A stretch of 64,000 bases of DNA. It comes from an uncultured Candidatus Binatia bacterium (lineage in GTDB: Bacteria > Desulfobacterota > Binatia > Binatales > Binataceae). The position numbers and the translations under genes were made by a program. Each line of letters starts with the position of its first letter. Position 1 is the first letter of the stretch. Under the pieces are notes generated by a model. The model was not told where the DNA came from, did not search any database, and worked only from the letters and a program-made list of their open reading frames with translations. The stretch lies in NCBI GenBank assembly GCA_964429575.1, contig CAYSCX010000005.1:75564-139563 (forward strand). The letters run 5' to 3'. This document shows, piece after piece, positions 27,810-39,200 of this stretch.

Positions 27810-29057
27810 TCAGACCGCGCGGAACGCGAGCGTCGTATTGGTGCCGCCGAAACCGAACGAGTTGTTCAGCGCGACACGAATCTTTGCAGGGCGTGCGCGG
27901 TTGGGTACGTAGTCGAGGTCGCACTCAGGGTCGGGGGTGTCTTGGTTGATGGTGGGCGGGATCATGCCGTTGCGCATCGCGAGTATCGTGTAGGCTGACT
28001 CGATCGCTCCCGCCGCACCGAGCGTGTGTCCGGTCATCGACTTCGTCGAACTAACCGCAATCTTCGCCGCGCGCTCGCCGAACACGTGCTTGATCGCCTG
28101 TGTCTCCGCGAGATCGCCCTGAGGAGTCGAGGTGCCGTGGGCGTTGATGTAATCGATCTCGTTGGGGTCGATGTCGCCGTCTTCCAGGCACAGGCGCATG
28201 CATCGTGCCGCGCCCTCGCCCTCGGGCGCCGGATGCGTGATGTGATGCGCATCGCCGTTGGCGGCATAGCCGCACACTTCCCCAAAAATTGTCGCGCCGC
28301 GCGACACCGCCAGTTCCCGCTCTTCGAGTATCAGTGCCGCCGCACCCTCCGCGAATACGAAACCGTCGCGCGCCTTGTCGAACGGACGGCTCGCGCGCTC
28401 GGGTTCGTCGTTGCGAGTAGAAAGCGCTCGCATCGCGATGAAGCCGCCGACGCCCAGACCAGTCAGCGCCGCCTCCGAGCCCCCCACAATCGCCGCGTCA
28501 AGGAACCCGAGGCGGATCATGCGGTACGATTCGCCGATTGCGTGGCTGCCCGACGCACATGCGCTGGTGGTCGTGAGATTCACGCCCTTGGCGCCGTAGC
28601 GAATGGCGATGTGGCCGGGGGCCAGGTTGCCGATGATCTTCGGTATGAAGAACGGCGAGACGTGCTTCAAGCCCGTCCGGAGGTAGTTGAGGTGGGATTC
28701 CTCCAGCGTCGTGAGGCCGCCGATGCCAACCCCCATCATCACGCCGACGTGCGCGGCCAGCTCGTCCGAGATCTTAAGACACGACTGGCGCATCGCCTGC
28801 TCGGCGGCGCCGACGGCGTACTGGATAAAGAGGTCCATCTTCTTGACGTCGCGCCTCTCGATCCAGTCCTCGGGTACAAAGTCCTTCACCTCGCCCGCAA
28901 TTCGGACTGGGAACGTCGATACGTCGAATCGCGTTATCTGCGCCACGCCGGAGCGACCCGCCATTAGCGCTTCCCAATTCTTGTCCACTCCCGTCCCGAG
29001 CGGAGTCACCAGTCCAAGTCCGGTCACTACGACGCGGCGATCCAGCAGTTGTCTCAT
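27810..29057 (-). CDS. fabF: 3-oxoacyl-ACP synthase II (KAS II)
   Basis: Starts …RRVVVTGLGLVTPLG… and has the active-site Cys (…TTSACASGSHAIG…). The catalytic His/His region is present (…INAHGTSTPQGD…) and the C-terminus is GFGGTN. Start is ATG at 29057. Confidence 0.9.
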   Translation of the reverse strand: MRQLLDRRVVVTGLGLVTPLGTGVDKNWEALMAGRSGVAQITRFDVSTFPVRIAGEVKDFVPEDWIERRDVKKMDLFIQYAVGAAEQAMRQSCLKISDELAAHVGVMMGVGIGGLTTLEESHLNYLRTGLKHVSPFFIPKIIGNLAPGHIAIRYGAKGVNLTTTSACASGSHAIGESYRMIRLGFLDAAIVGGSEAALTGLGVGGFIAMRALSTRNDEPERASRPFDKARDGFVFAEGAAALILEERELAVSRGATIFGEVCGYAANGDAHHITHPAPEGEGAARCMRLCLEDGDIDPNEIDYINAHGTSTPQGDLAETQAIKHVFGERAAKIAVSSTKSMTGHTLGAAGAIESAYTILAMRNGMIPPTINQDTPDPECDLDYVPNRARPAKIRVALNNSFGFGGTNTTLAFRAV

Positions 29058-29208
29058 CGAGGCCCGCCATCCTCCACAAGCGTTACCGCACATCTTCTAT
29101 CAAATCGCCGTTGCGGTCGAGAACGTAGCTGGCACAGGTGTTGATGGCGCCGGGTGTAATTCAGGATTGAAACTTGAACCGCCGTACGTCGGATGAAACA
29201 ATTATGGA

Positions 29209-29577
29209 GTGTCAGCAGATCTGCGTGCGGACGATCCATTCGTCAGGCTCACCGAAAACCTCCGCGAACTCGAAGTCGTAATCGGTGAGAAGGCGCGGCC
29301 CGTGGTGGCGGAGGTGCGCGCGGGACTCACCGAGGCCCTGGCGCTCCGCGAGCGCGGCGACGTGGCCGCGGCGCTCGATTCGATTCGCCGAGCTATGGAA
29401 CGGCTCGCGATGCTCGCCACCGAACTTGACGCCGATGAGGGGCTGCTGATGCGAGCTATCGCAGCGCGCTTCACCGACGCGCTCAATGTCGGCCGCAAGG
29501 GCGCAGCGAAGGAGGCGGTCAACCTGATGCGTCACAAGGCCGGCGATACCAAGGATGAACCGAACAAGGACTGGTGA
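29209..29577 (+). CDS. hypothetical cytoplasmic protein (acidic, helical)
   Basis: 122-aa ORF with a GTG start and weak SD. There are no recognisable motifs. It sits between fabF and tkt on the opposite strand to fabF. Confidence 0.4.
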   Translation: MSADLRADDPFVRLTENLRELEVVIGEKARPVVAEVRAGLTEALALRERGDVAAALDSIRRAMERLAMLATELDADEGLLMRAIAARFTDALNVGRKGAAKEAVNLMRHKAGDTKDEPNKDW

Positions 29578-29712
29578 GGCGGCCGATCATCGCGAACCAC
29601 TCGCGCAGAAATCATTGGCCGGGTTTGTCCTCGTAACGCGGTGCGAGCGGCCGCGGGTGCAAATTGAAAACCGCGGCGCACTCGCCGCCCAACAAATCAT
29701 TCGGGTGATACC

Positions 29713-31743
29713 TTGGCGCTAGCAGCGGAAGTCAGAGCGGCGAAGACGAACATCGACGAGCTGTGCATCAATTCGATCCGCGTGCTCGCGATCGACGCGG
29801 TGCAGAAGGCCAACTCGGGACATCCCGGGATGCCGATGGGCATGGCGCCGTCTGCATACCTCCTGTTCACCCGCTTCATGCGGCACAACCCGCGCAACCC
29901 CAAGTGGTACGGCCGCGATCGGTTCGTGCTGTCGGCGGGTCACGGTTCGATGTTGTTGTACGCGCTGCTTTATCTGACCGGCTACGATCTAACGCTCGAT
30001 GACATCAAGCAGTTTCGACAGTTGGGCAGCCGCACGCCCGGACATCCGGAGAATCATCTGACACCTGGCGTCGAGACGACCACCGGACCGCTCGGCCAGG
30101 GGTTCGGCAACGGCGTCGGGATGGCGATCGCTGCGCAACACATGGCGGCGCGCTACTCGGGGGACTCCGGCGATCTTTTCGATCATCGGGTATTTGCAAT
30201 CGTCAGCGACGGCGACCTGATGGAAGGCGTCGCAAGCGAAGCCGCATCGATCGCGGGGCACCTTGGTCTGGGCAATATCGTCTATCTCTATGACGACAAT
30301 CACATCACCATCGACGGCGCCACCGCGCTCTCGTTCTCCGAAGATGTCTGCAAACGCTTCGATGCGTACGGATGGCACACGCAATCGGTCGAAGATGCCA
30401 ACGATCTCGCTGCGCTCACCCAGGCGATCGAAAACGGTTGCGCCGAGACGTCGCGGCCGTCGCTGATTCGCGTCCACTCGCACATCGGCTACGGAAGCCC
30501 TCACAAGCAGGATACGTCCGACGCGCATGGCAAGGCGCTCGGCCCGGATGAAGTGAAACTGACGAAACAGTTCTACGGCTGGCCGGTTGAGCCCGCCTTT
30601 TACGTTCCGGACGAGGCGCTCGCGCGGACGCGCGCATGCGTCGAACGTGGAGAGCGGCTCGAAGCCGAATGGAACCAGCGCTTCGCCGAATACGCACGCG
30701 CGCATGGCCGCGAGGCGTCGGAGTTCAATGCGATGCTCGCCGGAGAGCTTGCGGCCGGATGGGACTCCGATCTACCCAAGTTCACCTCCAAGGACACGCT
30801 CGCTACCCGCGAGTCAGGTTCCAGGGCGCAGGCGGCGATCACCGCCAAGGTTTGGAATCTGTTCGGTGGCGCCGCCGATCTAAACGAATCGACGTTCACC
30901 GACGTCAAGGATGGCCGGAGCTTCGAGCGAGGCGATTACGCCGGCCGCAACCTTCACTTCGGGATTCGCGAGCACGGAATGTGCTCGATTCTAAACGGAA
31001 TCGCGCTTCACGGCGGTTTTATTCCTTACGGTTCGACCTTCTTTGTTTTCACCGACTACTGCCGTCCGTCGATCAGGCTTGCCGCGCTGATGGGTCTGCA
31101 CGTCGTTTACATCCTCACGCATGATTCGATCGGCCTGGGCGAGGACGGACCGACGCACCAGCCCGTCGAGCACCTGCTGGCGATGCGTGCGATCCCCAAC
31201 TTCACGCTTATCCGCCCCGCTGACGCCAATGAGGCGGTCGAGGCATGGCGCGTCGCGATGACGCACAAGGGCGGACCAGTGTTGCTCGCCTTGTCGCGCC
31301 AGAAGCTTCCGACGTTCGACCGTACGGTCGTAGCGCCGGCCGGCGGACTCGCGCGCGGAGCGTACGTACTTTCAGAGACAAAAGGGCGCAGCGCCGAGAT
31401 CATATTGATCGCAACCGGTTCGGAAGTTCAGCTCGCAGTCGGCGCGCAGGCGGAGCTTGAAAAGCGGGGTAAAGCGGCGCGCGTGGTGAGCATGCCGAGC
31501 TTTGAATTATTCGAGAAGCAGGACCAGGCGTATCGCGATTCCGTGCTGCCGCCCGCAATCCGCAAGAGGCTGGCGATCGAAGCGGGCGTACCGCTGTCGT
31601 GGCACCGCTGGGTTGGACCCGAGGGCGATATCATCGCAATGGCGACGTTCGGCGCCTCGGCGCCGTACCAGGAGCTGATGAAGCACTTCGGCTTCACGGT
31701 CGAGAACGTAGTCCAGCGCGCGCTCAAATTGCTTTCACCCTGA
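29713..31743 (+). CDS. tkt: transketolase
   Basis: Thiamine-diphosphate motifs (…[17 protein letters not shown]…, …GDGDLMEGV…). Full-length 676 aa. TTG start at 29713 with GGTGA upstream. Confidence 0.9.
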   Translation: MALAAEVRAAKTNIDELCINSIRVLAIDAVQKANSGHPGMPMGMAPSAYLLFTRFMRHNPRNPKWYGRDRFVLSAGHGSMLLYALLYLTGYDLTLDDIKQFRQLGSRTPGHPENHLTPGVETTTGPLGQGFGNGVGMAIAAQHMAARYSGDSGDLFDHRVFAIVSDGDLMEGVASEAASIAGHLGLGNIVYLYDDNHITIDGATALSFSEDVCKRFDAYGWHTQSVEDANDLAALTQAIENGCAETSRPSLIRVHSHIGYGSPHKQDTSDAHGKALGPDEVKLTKQFYGWPVEPAFYVPDEALARTRACVERGERLEAEWNQRFAEYARAHGREASEFNAMLAGELAAGWDSDLPKFTSKDTLATRESGSRAQAAITAKVWNLFGGAADLNESTFTDVKDGRSFERGDYAGRNLHFGIREHGMCSILNGIALHGGFIPYGSTFFVFTDYCRPSIRLAALMGLHVVYILTHDSIGLGEDGPTHQPVEHLLAMRAIPNFTLIRPADANEAVEAWRVAMTHKGGPVLLALSRQKLPTFDRTVVAPAGGLARGAYVLSETKGRSAEIILIATGSEVQLAVGAQAELEKRGKAARVVSMPSFELFEKQDQAYRDSVLPPAIRKRLAIEAGVPLSWHRWVGPEGDIIAMATFGASAPYQELMKHFGFTVENVVQRALKLLSP

Positions 31744-31812
31744 CGCCCGCTTGCGCCGCGGCCGCGCGCAGAACGCATCGCGCCGAATTGTCATCAAGGA
31801 GCGACGACGATC

Positions 31813-34665
31813 ATGGCGAATGCTGAAAACCCTCTCAGAATATTGGAGCACTTCGGGCAGAGCGTTTGGCTCGATTACATCCGCCGCCATCTCCTGAGTT
31901 CCGCCGAGTATCGGCGCATGCTTACCGAGGACGGCCTCAAGGGAATGACGTCGAACCCGACCATCTTCGAAAAGGCGATCGGCGGCTCGACTGATTACGA
32001 CGACCAGCTCAAGGAACTCGCGCCGTCCAATAAGAGCATCGACGAAATCTACGAGGCGCTGTCGTTTACCGACATTCGGATGGCGTGCGACGCGCTGCGC
32101 CCGCTCTACGACCAGACGGGCGGTCTCGACGGTTTCGTGAGTTACGAGGTCTCGCCGCTTCTGTCGAACGATACGCAGGGAACCCTTGCCGCCGCGCGAC
32201 GCTATTGGAAGGCGATCGCCCGGCCCAACTTGATGATCAAGGTCCCAGCGACGCCCGCCGGCCTGCCCGCAATCGAGCAGCTACTTGCCGACGGCCTCAA
32301 CATCAACATCACGTTGATGTTCTCGATCAAGCATTACCAGGCGGTAGCCGAAGCCTACCTTCGCGGACTCGAGCGCCGCGCGACGCAAGGCAAACCGCTC
32401 GATAGAAGCGCCTCGGTGGCGAGTGTATTCGTGAGCCGCGTCGAAACGCTGGTGGACAAGCGCCTTGATGAGAAGCTCAAGGCGCGACCCGATGAGGCGG
32501 TCGCAGCGTTGCGTGGTTCTTCGGCCGTAGCCAACTCGCAGCTGATCTACGAAAAGTTCAAATCAATCTTCTCGAGCGACAGGTTCAAGGCGCTCGAGCA
32601 GAAAGGGGCACGTGTGCAGCGCCCGCTGTGGGCATCGACCGGCACCAAGAATCCAGCCTACAGCGATATCAAGTACGTGCAGGAACTGATCGGGCCGCAC
32701 ACCGTCAACACGATGCCTCCGGCGACGATGGATGCGTATCGCGATCACGGCACGCCGCGCGCGACGCTCGAAGAAGGGATCGATGATGCCCGCCGCACCG
32801 TCGAGCAGCTCGCGCGGGCAGGCATCGATCTCAACGTGATCGGCGAAGAGCTCCAGGACGAAGGCGTCAAGCTGTTTGCGAAATCCTTCGAGGATCTCCG
32901 CGACGTAATCTCTGCGCGGCGCAAGGCCCTGGTGGCGGGCGCGTTCGATCGCCAGACCATTCACGCCCCGGGGTACCAGAAACAGATCCAGGCGATGTAC
33001 GACGAGCTCGACAAGAAGGAATTTCCTGCGCGGCTGTGGCGCAAGGATCCTGCCCTTTGGAAGAGTGATGGCGGCCACGAGGCGATCATCCGCAACGCCC
33101 TCGGCTGGCTCACCGTGCCCGAGATGATGACCGAGCAAGCGGACAATCTGCGCGCGTTTGCCAATGAGGTCCGCAGCGACGGCATCCGCGACGTTGTGCT
33201 GCTCGGAATGGGCGGCTCGAGCCTTTGCCCGGAGCTTTTCGCTCGCACCTTCCCGAGCGCGCCGGGCTACCCGCGCCTGCAGGTGCTCGATTCGACCGTC
33301 CCAGGCGTGATTCGCGCGGTCGAGAAGGCGATCGATCCAACCAAGACGCTATTCATCGTCTCGAGCAAATCTGGCGGCACCATCGAGACGCTGTCGCACT
33401 ACAAGTCGTTCTTCGAAATCGTAAAGCAAAAGTCCAGGGAGCCCGGACGCAATTTCATTGCGATCACCGACCCGGGCACCGGCCTCGAAAAGATCGCGCG
33501 CGAGAATGGATTCCGCCGCGTGTTTTTGAATCCACACGATATCGGCGGAAGATACTCGGCGCTGTCCTATTTCGGGCTGGTGCCCGCGGCGCTGATTGGC
33601 ATGGACGTACCAACGCTGCTCGATCGTGCGATTCGTATGGTGCACAGTTCCGCCGGATGTTTGCGGGTGCCTGAAAACGCGGGCGTGAGCCTCGGCGGTG
33701 CGCTCGGGACCATCAAGAAGGCAGGGCGCGACAAAGTCACCTTCATCGTTTCGCCGTCGATTGGTGCATTCGGGCTGTGGGTGGAGCAGCTGATCGCGGA
33801 GAGCACCGGCAAGGAGGGAACCGGCCTGGTTCCGATTTGCGACGAACCGCTGGTAGATGCGAAGTGCTACGCGAAGGACCGCGTGTTCGCGTACTTGCGG
33901 CTCGCGGCGGCAGTCGATGCCGCGCAGGATCGGGCTGTCGAGGCGCTCAAGCAAAGCGGCGCACCCGTGGTTACGATCTCGGTCGGCGAGAAGATCGACC
34001 TCGGCGAGGAATTCATGCGTTGGGAGATCGCGACCGCAACCGCGGGTTCGATTATCGGCATCGACGCGTTCGATCAGCCGAATGTGCAGGAGAGCAAGGA
34101 CAACACCAACCGGCTCCTCAAGCAATTCGAGCAGTCGGGAAAGCTTGTAGCACCCGCGCCCGACGCCGAAAGCGGGGACCTCGCGGTGTACGTCGGCGCG
34201 GAGGTGAAGGAGGCGACGGCCGGTGCGCAGGGATTTGGCGGCGTGTTGCGTGGATTCGTGAAACTCGCCCGGCCCGGCGATTATCTCGCGGCCATGGCGT
34301 ACGTGGTACCGAGTCCGATGGTAGAGCGCGATATTGCGGCGGTTCGCGCGGCGGCGATAGAGCGATGCGGAATCGCGACGACATTCGGGTATGGTCCGCG
34401 CTTTCTGCATTCGACCGGGCAACTTCACAAGGGCGGTCCGAACACGGGGCTTTTCCTGCAGATCACGCAGGACCATCCGGACAAGATCGCGATTCCGGGT
34501 GAACCTTACGACTTCGCGATTCTGCATCAGGCCCAGCACCTCGGCGACTTTCAATCACTGGAGACCCATGGGCGCCGTGTCATTCGGGTGCATCTGAAGG
34601 GTGCCGATCCGGCCGCTGCGCTCGGAACTCTTAAGACTGCCTTGATCGATGCGATGGGAAAGTAG
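31813..34665 (+). CDS. bifunctional transaldolase / glucose-6-phosphate isomerase (Tal-Pgi fusion)
   Basis: 950 aa. The N-terminal roughly 370 aa carry the transaldolase signature (…MTSNPTIF…). The C-terminal roughly 550 aa are a PGI SIS domain (…VLLGMGGSSL…, …FIVSSKSGGTIETL…). AGGAG SD upstream. Confidence 0.9.
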   Translation: MANAENPLRILEHFGQSVWLDYIRRHLLSSAEYRRMLTEDGLKGMTSNPTIFEKAIGGSTDYDDQLKELAPSNKSIDEIYEALSFTDIRMACDALRPLYDQTGGLDGFVSYEVSPLLSNDTQGTLAAARRYWKAIARPNLMIKVPATPAGLPAIEQLLADGLNINITLMFSIKHYQAVAEAYLRGLERRATQGKPLDRSASVASVFVSRVETLVDKRLDEKLKARPDEAVAALRGSSAVANSQLIYEKFKSIFSSDRFKALEQKGARVQRPLWASTGTKNPAYSDIKYVQELIGPHTVNTMPPATMDAYRDHGTPRATLEEGIDDARRTVEQLARAGIDLNVIGEELQDEGVKLFAKSFEDLRDVISARRKALVAGAFDRQTIHAPGYQKQIQAMYDELDKKEFPARLWRKDPALWKSDGGHEAIIRNALGWLTVPEMMTEQADNLRAFANEVRSDGIRDVVLLGMGGSSLCPELFARTFPSAPGYPRLQVLDSTVPGVIRAVEKAIDPTKTLFIVSSKSGGTIETLSHYKSFFEIVKQKSREPGRNFIAITDPGTGLEKIARENGFRRVFLNPHDIGGRYSALSYFGLVPAALIGMDVPTLLDRAIRMVHSSAGCLRVPENAGVSLGGALGTIKKAGRDKVTFIVSPSIGAFGLWVEQLIAESTGKEGTGLVPICDEPLVDAKCYAKDRVFAYLRLAAAVDAAQDRAVEALKQSGAPVVTISVGEKIDLGEEFMRWEIATATAGSIIGIDAFDQPNVQESKDNTNRLLKQFEQSGKLVAPAPDAESGDLAVYVGAEVKEATAGAQGFGGVLRGFVKLARPGDYLAAMAYVVPSPMVERDIAAVRAAAIERCGIATTFGYGPRFLHSTGQLHKGGPNTGLFLQITQDHPDKIAIPGEPYDFAILHQAQHLGDFQSLETHGRRVIRVHLKGADPAAALGTLKTALIDAMGK

Positions 34666-34692
34666 CGGAGCCGGCGGCCAAAGGCACGCGAC

Positions 34693-35436
34693 ATGAGCAG
34701 TCCACATATTCAAGTACTTGACGACGCGCGATCATTGTACGTGCGCGGGGCGGAAGAGATCGCGCATATTGCCGGGGAGGCGATCTGTACGCATGGCGAG
34801 TTCAGGCTGTGCCTCGCTGGAGGGTCAACACCCGCCGCAACTTACGAATTGCTCGCGACGCGCTTCAGCCACAGCATCGATTGGAGCGAGGTGCAGTTCT
34901 TTTGGGGCGACGAACGGTGCGTACCACCTGATCATCCGGCGTCCAACTTCGGCATGGCGCATCGAACCCTGCTCGCATCGCTGCCGCTCCGTCCGGAGCA
35001 GGTGCACCGAATATCCGGCGAAATCGCGCCCGCCGAAGGCGCTGCACTTTACGAGCAGGAACTGAAGCGCGCATTCTCGTTAGGCGCCGCAGAGTTTCCG
35101 CGGTTCGATCTTGTTCTGCTCGGTCTCGGCGAGAACCGCCACACCGCGTCGCTATTTCCCGGCAACGCCGCGATCCGCGAGTCGCGCCGGCTTGCCGTCG
35201 CGGTAGAGGTTGACGCGGAGCAACCCAACCGCATCACCATTACGCCGCCGGTCATCAACAGTGCCCAGCGCGTCATGTTCCTGGTCGCGGGAGATTCGAA
35301 GGCGGACGCGGTGCGTGATGTGATCTCTGGACCGCGCGATCCCGGCCGATTCCCTGCGCAGATCGTCGCGCCGGCCAACGGCGAGATCATCTGGCTGCTC
35401 GATCGCGCCGCAGCGAAGTTCCTGCCCGAACGTTGA
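34693..35436 (+). CDS. pgl: 6-phosphogluconolactonase
   Basis: NagB/Pgl-fold motifs (…CLAGGSTP…, …FFWGDERCVP…, …FDLVLLGLGENRHTASLFPG…). Confidence 0.85.
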   Translation: MSSPHIQVLDDARSLYVRGAEEIAHIAGEAICTHGEFRLCLAGGSTPAATYELLATRFSHSIDWSEVQFFWGDERCVPPDHPASNFGMAHRTLLASLPLRPEQVHRISGEIAPAEGAALYEQELKRAFSLGAAEFPRFDLVLLGLGENRHTASLFPGNAAIRESRRLAVAVEVDAEQPNRITITPPVINSAQRVMFLVAGDSKADAVRDVISGPRDPGRFPAQIVAPANGEIIWLLDRAAAKFLPER

Positions 35437-35483
35437 GACCGCTGGCTCGACAGCCACACGCCGGCGGCTGCTAGATTAGGCTC

Positions 35484-36032
35484 ATGCTGCGCTTTGCCGC
35501 ACGCCACTTCACCGCCATCCTGCTGTTGGGCGTGCTTGGCTGGTGGACAGTGTATTACCTGCCGGGCACGCCATCGTTTACAGTTCTACAGCTGAAACGT
35601 GCGATCGACGCGCGCAGCGGCCAACAAGCGGCGAACTATGTGGATTTCGCCAGCGTGGTGCGAACCGCCGGGTATGAAATGGTCAAGAAGCGCGGCGGCG
35701 GTGATCCATTCGGTCAGCTGCTCGGCAAGGGGGCGATCGATTTGTTCACCGGGCCGATGGCGGGGATCGTCCGCGCGTGGGCGGTGCAGCGGGTGGATGA
35801 AGGGTCGCGCGACGTGCAGATGCCCGCAGCCGCGGTGGCGGGTGCAATCGTCTTGATGCATCGCGATGGTGACACTGCGGCGACCGCCTTCGATGACCGC
35901 CGCGGTCGCAAGTGGGACATTCGAATGGCGCGCGGGAGCGATGGCCGTTGGCGGATCACCGAAGTTCGCAACATCGACGAGCTTCTCCGTGATTTGCAGA
36001 TGCGCGAAAGCCGTCGCGAGCCACCGCACTAA
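35484..36032 (+). CDS. membrane-anchored protein of unknown function
   Basis: N-terminal TM helix (…FTAILLLGVLGWWTV…) followed by a soluble domain. It is conserved-looking but was not recognised. Confidence 0.5.
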   Translation: MLRFAARHFTAILLLGVLGWWTVYYLPGTPSFTVLQLKRAIDARSGQQAANYVDFASVVRTAGYEMVKKRGGGDPFGQLLGKGAIDLFTGPMAGIVRAWAVQRVDEGSRDVQMPAAAVAGAIVLMHRDGDTAATAFDDRRGRKWDIRMARGSDGRWRITEVRNIDELLRDLQMRESRREPPH

Positions 36033-36213
36033 CGCGCCGCGCGTTTACCACCAAATCGTTGACCGCTAAACTTGAACATGCGCGCCCGGACGATCGCGCT
36101 CGGCCGCGCATCCGTTTGAACACCTCGATGCTAGGATTGCGTGGAGATTGCACGCCTGTGGCGTGCCGCCGCGCGCGCCGCGCAGTCCGCCGGAACTTCG
36201 GGCCCACTTCAGA

Positions 36214-39200
36214 ATGAGGATATTCTCGCATCGCTACCTCCGCATCGCAGCGCTCGCGGTGGCCGGACTGATCATTTTCGCCGGCTTCGCAGCGGCGCTC
36301 ATCTTGTGGAACCAGGACAAGATCATCGCGTCGCTGCTCGCTTCGGTGAAGGAGAGAACCGGCGCCGAAATCAGCGCGCGCTCGGCCGCGTTCAGGATTC
36401 GCAGCGGGCTGGTCATCGTGCTCGATGAGCCCACAGTGGTCGCGGGCGGACGCGAGGTCGTGAAGCTCGAATCGCTGCGCGTGGTATTGGGGTGGCGTGC
36501 GATCATCTTCAATCGTGGATTGCCGCTCCGTTCGCTGATTCTCGAACGTCCCCAGCTCGTCGTAGCCGCACAGGAGTTTGCGGCCAGCGAGACCGCATGG
36601 CGCCATCCGGGCGAACGAACGCTCCAGGAGTTGTTAGGCCAGCTCGAATGGCTTTCGGCAGCGACGCGGCGGATCGAAGTCGTCGACGCCGTCGTGCGCG
36701 ATGACCAGGGCGAGCTGGTCTGCGATGACCTCGACGCAGTCGCGTACAAGATGCGCGGGGATTGGAACCGCTGGCGCGTGGGATTCAACGCCTCAGCCGC
36801 GCGTCCGCCGGTCGAGGGTCTCCGGCTCTCGGGCGATGTCACGCTCGGTTACTCCGGCTCGGAATCCGAGGACGCGATTGCAAAAGGAAAGCTCTGGTTT
36901 TGGGAGGCGCCGGTCGACCTGCTCGATTCTCCGCGGATCAAACCAAGTGGACAGCTCCAGGGCGTGATCGAGATCAACGTGACGCGGGACGGCGCCGCGC
37001 GCGGCAACGTTCAGTTCGATGTTCACCGGCTCGTAGTTCGCGGGGACGCGGTCGGTGCGGCGCTTGACCTCGGCGACTTTACGCTGCGGGCCTCGTTCAA
37101 AGCGTCTGCCCGCCAATACCAACTCACCGATCTAACCCTGGCGAATCCCGATCGTCAGGTGATCGGCGGCCAGCTCACGATCGATGAACCTTATTCGGCG
37201 AATCCAAATGTCGCGATCACGGTGAGCGGTTTCGAAATCGACGTCGCCAAGGCGAAGCAACGGATCGATGCCGCGACCGGCGTGCCGCGCGAAATCAAAG
37301 ACGCGCTGGTCGCGATTGAGTCGGGAACCGTCACGATTGAAAGCGCATCACTCGCGGCGACGAGCGCGAAATGGCGCGCGGCCGAGCCCGAGCTGCTGCG
37401 GCGCGGCCTGGTTTTGAATGCGACCCTGAGCAACATCGCGATACAGCCTCCCGCGAAAACCAAGTTGCCAGCGGTGCAACGCTTGTCAGCCCGCGTCGCA
37501 TTTGAAAAAGGCGCGCTTACGGTTACTCAAGGCAGCGCGCGCGTCGGCACTTCGACCGTGGAGGCGCTACGCGCGAAGGCGAGCTTCCCCGCCAGCGGTG
37601 ACGGAATCGCGTACGACGTCACGGTTCGCGGCGACGCGGTGCTCGACGAGCTTCTCCCGGCGATCGAACACGAGCTTGCAACCCGGAAGATGGAAGTGTC
37701 GGACCGCTTCAGGTCGCTTTCCGGGCGAATGCGGTTCGACGTGCAGGCCGCCGGTCGAATGCGCGAAGGTCGTGCTGAAGCACCGCAACGCTATGCGCTT
37801 CGGCTCGAGCCTCGCAACGCACGCCTCGAGCTCAAGGAACCACCGAGTGCCGTCGAGATAACCAGCGGAACCCTCCTGCTTGATCCGGACTCGGTGAAAG
37901 TCAACCAGTTCGTAGCAAACGATCGCAGCGGAACTGCACGCATCAACGGGGACTTGAAGCTCACTGCGAACGGCCCGAGCGCGAAGGGGATCGATGTCGA
38001 GCTCCACGCGATCCTGGCGCAAGATTGGCTTCCCCTGGTCGTCGATCCCGCCGCACTCATGCCGAGCGGCCCAATGAGCGGAAGCATTTCGGTCCGAAAC
38101 GATCCGGGGGTGGCCGGCCGCTTCCACGTGAACGGCGAGCTGGTACTCAGCGACGGGAGCGTCCAGCTGGGCTTTCTGCGCGCACCAATCGTCACCAAGA
38201 CCGCAACTTTCAAGTTCACCGAACACAACCTCGATCTTCAAATGACACAAGCGACGCTCGAAGACTCGCCCATCGACTTTCGTCTGGTCGTCGCGGATCT
38301 CAGCAAGCCTGTGCTCGAGATTTATGCGACGGTCGATCAGCTGGACTTCGAGGCGATGAAGTTCGTCAAGATGCCATGGTCACCGCGCAGCAAATCGGGT
38401 TTCTTCGACGTCGCGGCGAAGGGGCATATCGAGATCAGGAAGGGCAACCTGGCCGCGTTCCAGATGTCGCAAGTCAAGACTGATTTCGTCACCCATAGAG
38501 GTGACTGGCGCGTGTACAACTACAGCGCCGTGTCGTACCGCGGTCAGATGAACATCGATTTGAGCGGCCGCAAGAAGGATTTCTGGCTGCACATGAAGGG
38601 AACCATCAAGGGCATGGAGGCCGGCCCGCTGTTCCAACTATCCAACCCGAATGCGGAACCCGTCATGGTCGGCAAGATGGATCTCATGGCCGACCTGTGG
38701 GCAGACACCGGAGAAGAATTCTTCAAGACGCTGGCTGGGACCGCGTCGATCACCGCCCGGGATGGGCGGCTTAATCGGTTAACACTACTCTCGCGGATGC
38801 TTGAGTTTGTCGACTTGAAAAGTTGGCTGACTGCCAGGTTCCCGGATCCTCGCCTGGCCGGCCTGCCGTTCGACTTGGTTCTTGCAGACCTGAAGGGGAA
38901 CCGGGGCAACTTTTGGACGGACAATTTCTTGCTCCACGGCCCCGCGATGGAGATCTCGGCGCTCGGCAGCATCGACATCGGCGACAGCAAATTGAACATG
39001 GAAATTGGCATGTCGCCATTTCGAACGGTGAACTGGCTCATCGAACAGGTTCCGCTGATCGGCTCGAACGTCGCAGAAGGCACCGGCCATCTGGTCGCGG
39101 CGTACTTTCAGGTCTCGGGTCCGATTAGCGATCCTACCGTCGTGCCAAAGCCGATAACCTCTGCCGCCGCTTTCTTCAAGAAATTCTTCAGCATTCCGGT

